A stretch of DNA of 24,000 bases, taken from Pyrinomonadaceae bacterium. Lineage in GTDB: Bacteria > Acidobacteriota > Blastocatellia > Pyrinomonadales > Pyrinomonadaceae. The notes beneath the pieces were generated by a model. It was given only the letters and a program-made list of their open reading frames with translations, had not been told where the DNA came from and did not search any database. The DNA lies in contig JBGTFE010000074.1 of the NCBI GenBank assembly GCA_041747435.1, positions 21,824 to 45,823 on the forward strand. Reading direction: 5' to 3'. Both the position numbers and the translations under genes were made by a program. The number at the start of each line of letters is the position of its first letter. Position 1 is the first letter of the stretch. Of this stretch, positions 22,495-24,000 are shown one piece after another.

Positions 22495-23493
22495 ATGGAT
22501 GCTCAAATAATTCAAAATCTACGTTATAAACTCCAAAAAAGAATTCGTCGACTCAATTCAGCGAATACGGAAGTCTTCGCACCCGTCCTACAACAGTTCT
22601 GGGCTTTTTTTGATAACCAACAAACGCTGGACGGCATTATCAGAAGTGTCGTTTCCGCCTATCCCAGAGCTTCTGAAATTGTTGATAATATTTTTGAAGG
22701 AACGGTGTCTTGGGGCGCGACGGAAGAAGAAGCAGCAGTCATCGGATATGAAATTTTGAGACGGATTAAAGATGAGGAGTCGATGCGTAACACCTTACAC
22801 GCAGTGAGTAATGCTCAGATAACTTATGATTCTAACTACGAGGAAATTCTAAATACATTTAGAGACGTTTTTCTTGAGCCTTTTTATGAATATATTGACG
22901 AGCAACTTGACGACCAAAGAGCAATTTTGAGTTTACTATATCGGTACAAGCATCGAATCGAATGGTTTAATCGGGAACGACTTTCGCAACTTTATCAAAA
23001 TAATACAACTAAAGGCGAAAAATTATTAGCTTTGGATTTATATTCTTATTTACATGACCAAGGATTTAATTTTTCGATTGAGCCATCTTCCATTGATGGT
23101 TCAATTGATTTAATTTCAATTCAAGATTCAGATGACCCGTTACTAGCAGATGCGAAAATTTTCGATGGCGATAGTAGAGGAAAAACTTATCTTTGTAAAG
23201 GTTTTAATCAAATCTACACCTATACTCAACAATATAATGAGCCTTTTGGATATTTAGTAATTTTCAAAGTAACTGACAGAGATTTAAGATTTTCTCTTGC
23301 AACTGATTCTAGAAATGTTCCTGTTGTGACTTACAATCACAAAACAATTTTCTTGATAACCATTGATATTTATCCCCATCCAAAACCCGTTTCACAACGC
23401 AATCCGATAAATGCTATTGAAATCAAAGAGGAAGATTTAGTTCGTTCTGTCGAAGGTGGAAATCCTGAATCAATTACCGAGCCAATCAAATAG
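22495..23493 (+). CDS. Hypothetical protein: N-terminal helical domain plus C-terminal PD-(D/E)xK nuclease-like core
   Basis: 332 aa, starting 3 nt after the zinc-ribbon gene stop. Core elements: GE175KLLALDLYSYL (helix), FNFSIEP (strand), GSID205LISI, LLAD219AK221IF, NQIYTYTQQY (helix), FGYLVIFKV (strand). Spot GC is 18/60 at 22501-22560. Confidence 0.6.
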   Translation: MDAQIIQNLRYKLQKRIRRLNSANTEVFAPVLQQFWAFFDNQQTLDGIIRSVVSAYPRASEIVDNIFEGTVSWGATEEEAAVIGYEILRRIKDEESMRNTLHAVSNAQITYDSNYEEILNTFRDVFLEPFYEYIDEQLDDQRAILSLLYRYKHRIEWFNRERLSQLYQNNTTKGEKLLALDLYSYLHDQGFNFSIEPSSIDGSIDLISIQDSDDPLLADAKIFDGDSRGKTYLCKGFNQIYTYTQQYNEPFGYLVIFKVTDRDLRFSLATDSRNVPVVTYNHKTIFLITIDIYPHPKPVSQRNPINAIEIKEEDLVRSVEGGNPESITEPIK

Positions 23494-24000
23494 CATCTTT
23501 TCCTGCCGGAAAAGCGCGTGCTCCGGTTTCTCGTTTCTTGTCATCGGAAGCTTGAAGAATACGGAAAGCTGTTCCTGGATTCCTTTTTCGCCGCGGCGTT
23601 TTGCTAAATCTAAGAGTCGCGCGATCTCGATCGCGAGCGGCGCGGCGAGGATCGAATCTTTGCAAAGAAAATTAACCTTTATCTGCATCGATTGTCCCAA
23701 AAAACCGACGACGTCGATGTTGTCCCACGCTTCTTTGTTGTCGCCGCGCGGACGATAATAGCGAATGTCGACGAGATGATCTTCGACTTCGTAACCTAGA
23801 ATATCTTCGAGAACCGAGCTTTTCGTTTTGACCTTTGAAGCGAGCGAATCTTCGTTTGAAAGCGCGAGCCCGTCGCGGTTTCCTAAAATATTGGTTGAAT
23901 ACCAACCTTCGACCTTTAATGCGCGTGTTTTGAACGCGGGCGCGAGAACGCTTTTGATCATTGTCTGTCCGGTTTTGCCGTCTTTTCCGGCGATCGGAAC
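23470..24000 (-). CDS. ino1: Inositol-3-phosphate (myo-inositol-1-phosphate) synthase, C-terminal part; the ORF continues past the right edge
   Basis: The sequence ...VPIAGKDGKTGQTMIKSVLAPAFKTRALKVEGWYSTNILGNRDG...SKVKTKSSVLEDILGY...YYRPRGDNKEAWDNID..GFLG..MQIKVNFLCKDSILAAPL matches the MIPS C-terminal pattern. The frame is open from 23961 to 24000. Confidence 0.85.
   Translation of the reverse strand, partial: VPIAGKDGKTGQTMIKSVLAPAFKTRALKVEGWYSTNILGNRDGLALSNEDSLASKVKTKSSVLEDILGYEVEDHLVDIRYYRPRGDNKEAWDNIDVVGFLGQSMQIKVNFLCKDSILAAPLAIEIARLLDLAKRRGEKGIQEQLSVFFKLPMTRNEKPEHALFRQEKMLFDWLGN

Noticed and set aside
23456-23905. ORFs 23456-23758 (+) and 23672-23905 (-) within ino1
   Set aside because: They are off-frame or antisense to the unmistakable inositol-3-phosphate synthase frame.

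Overview
This looks like a chromosomal segment of a bacterium. My guess is Acidobacteriota-like, at low confidence, based on gene content and repeat style only. About 20 genes are tightly packed. I saw no rRNA, CRISPR array, transposase or integrase.

Housekeeping and envelope genes, left to right:
- a secreted protein, partial at the left edge
- an O-antigen-ligase-like membrane protein and yqeY
- a large polytopic membrane protein
- an 83-aa orphan, HU, tRNA-Pro(UGG) and rdgB
- a 465-aa helical orphan
- a ybbP/ybbA-type ABC pair divergent from a tesA-type SGNH esterase (the E. coli arrangement)
- pgi, ada, a TPR protein, a nitrilase, and ino1 (partial at the right edge)

Three things stand out.
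1. A two-gene radical-SAM operon sits at 13421-16290. Its first member has the architecture I associate with the MJ0619/Tes (GDGT-MAS) tetraether-lipid-synthase family.
2. An AT-rich accessory stretch at about 21565-23493 carries a BrnT/BrnA toxin-antitoxin pair. Next to it is an unannotatable pair: a small zinc-ribbon protein and a 332-aa protein with a textbook-looking PD-(D/E)xK nuclease core. This is a candidate defence module.
3. The intergenic repeats are unusually rich:
   - inverted arrays of tandem heptamers abutting divergent start codons
   - 10-nt-phased arrays
   - clusters of GC mini-hairpins with GNA/GNRA loops
   - a 133-bp element with perfect 24-bp inverted termini

Eight genes also have a -10-like hexamer 6-9 nt upstream of the start codon and no Shine-Dalgarno sequence, which suggests leaderless transcripts.

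Spot GC counts on single 60-nt lines show the mosaic: 22501-22560 = 18/60, 12901-12960 = 17/60, 20701-20760 = 36/60. All functional calls rest on motif recognition by eye; no searches were run.
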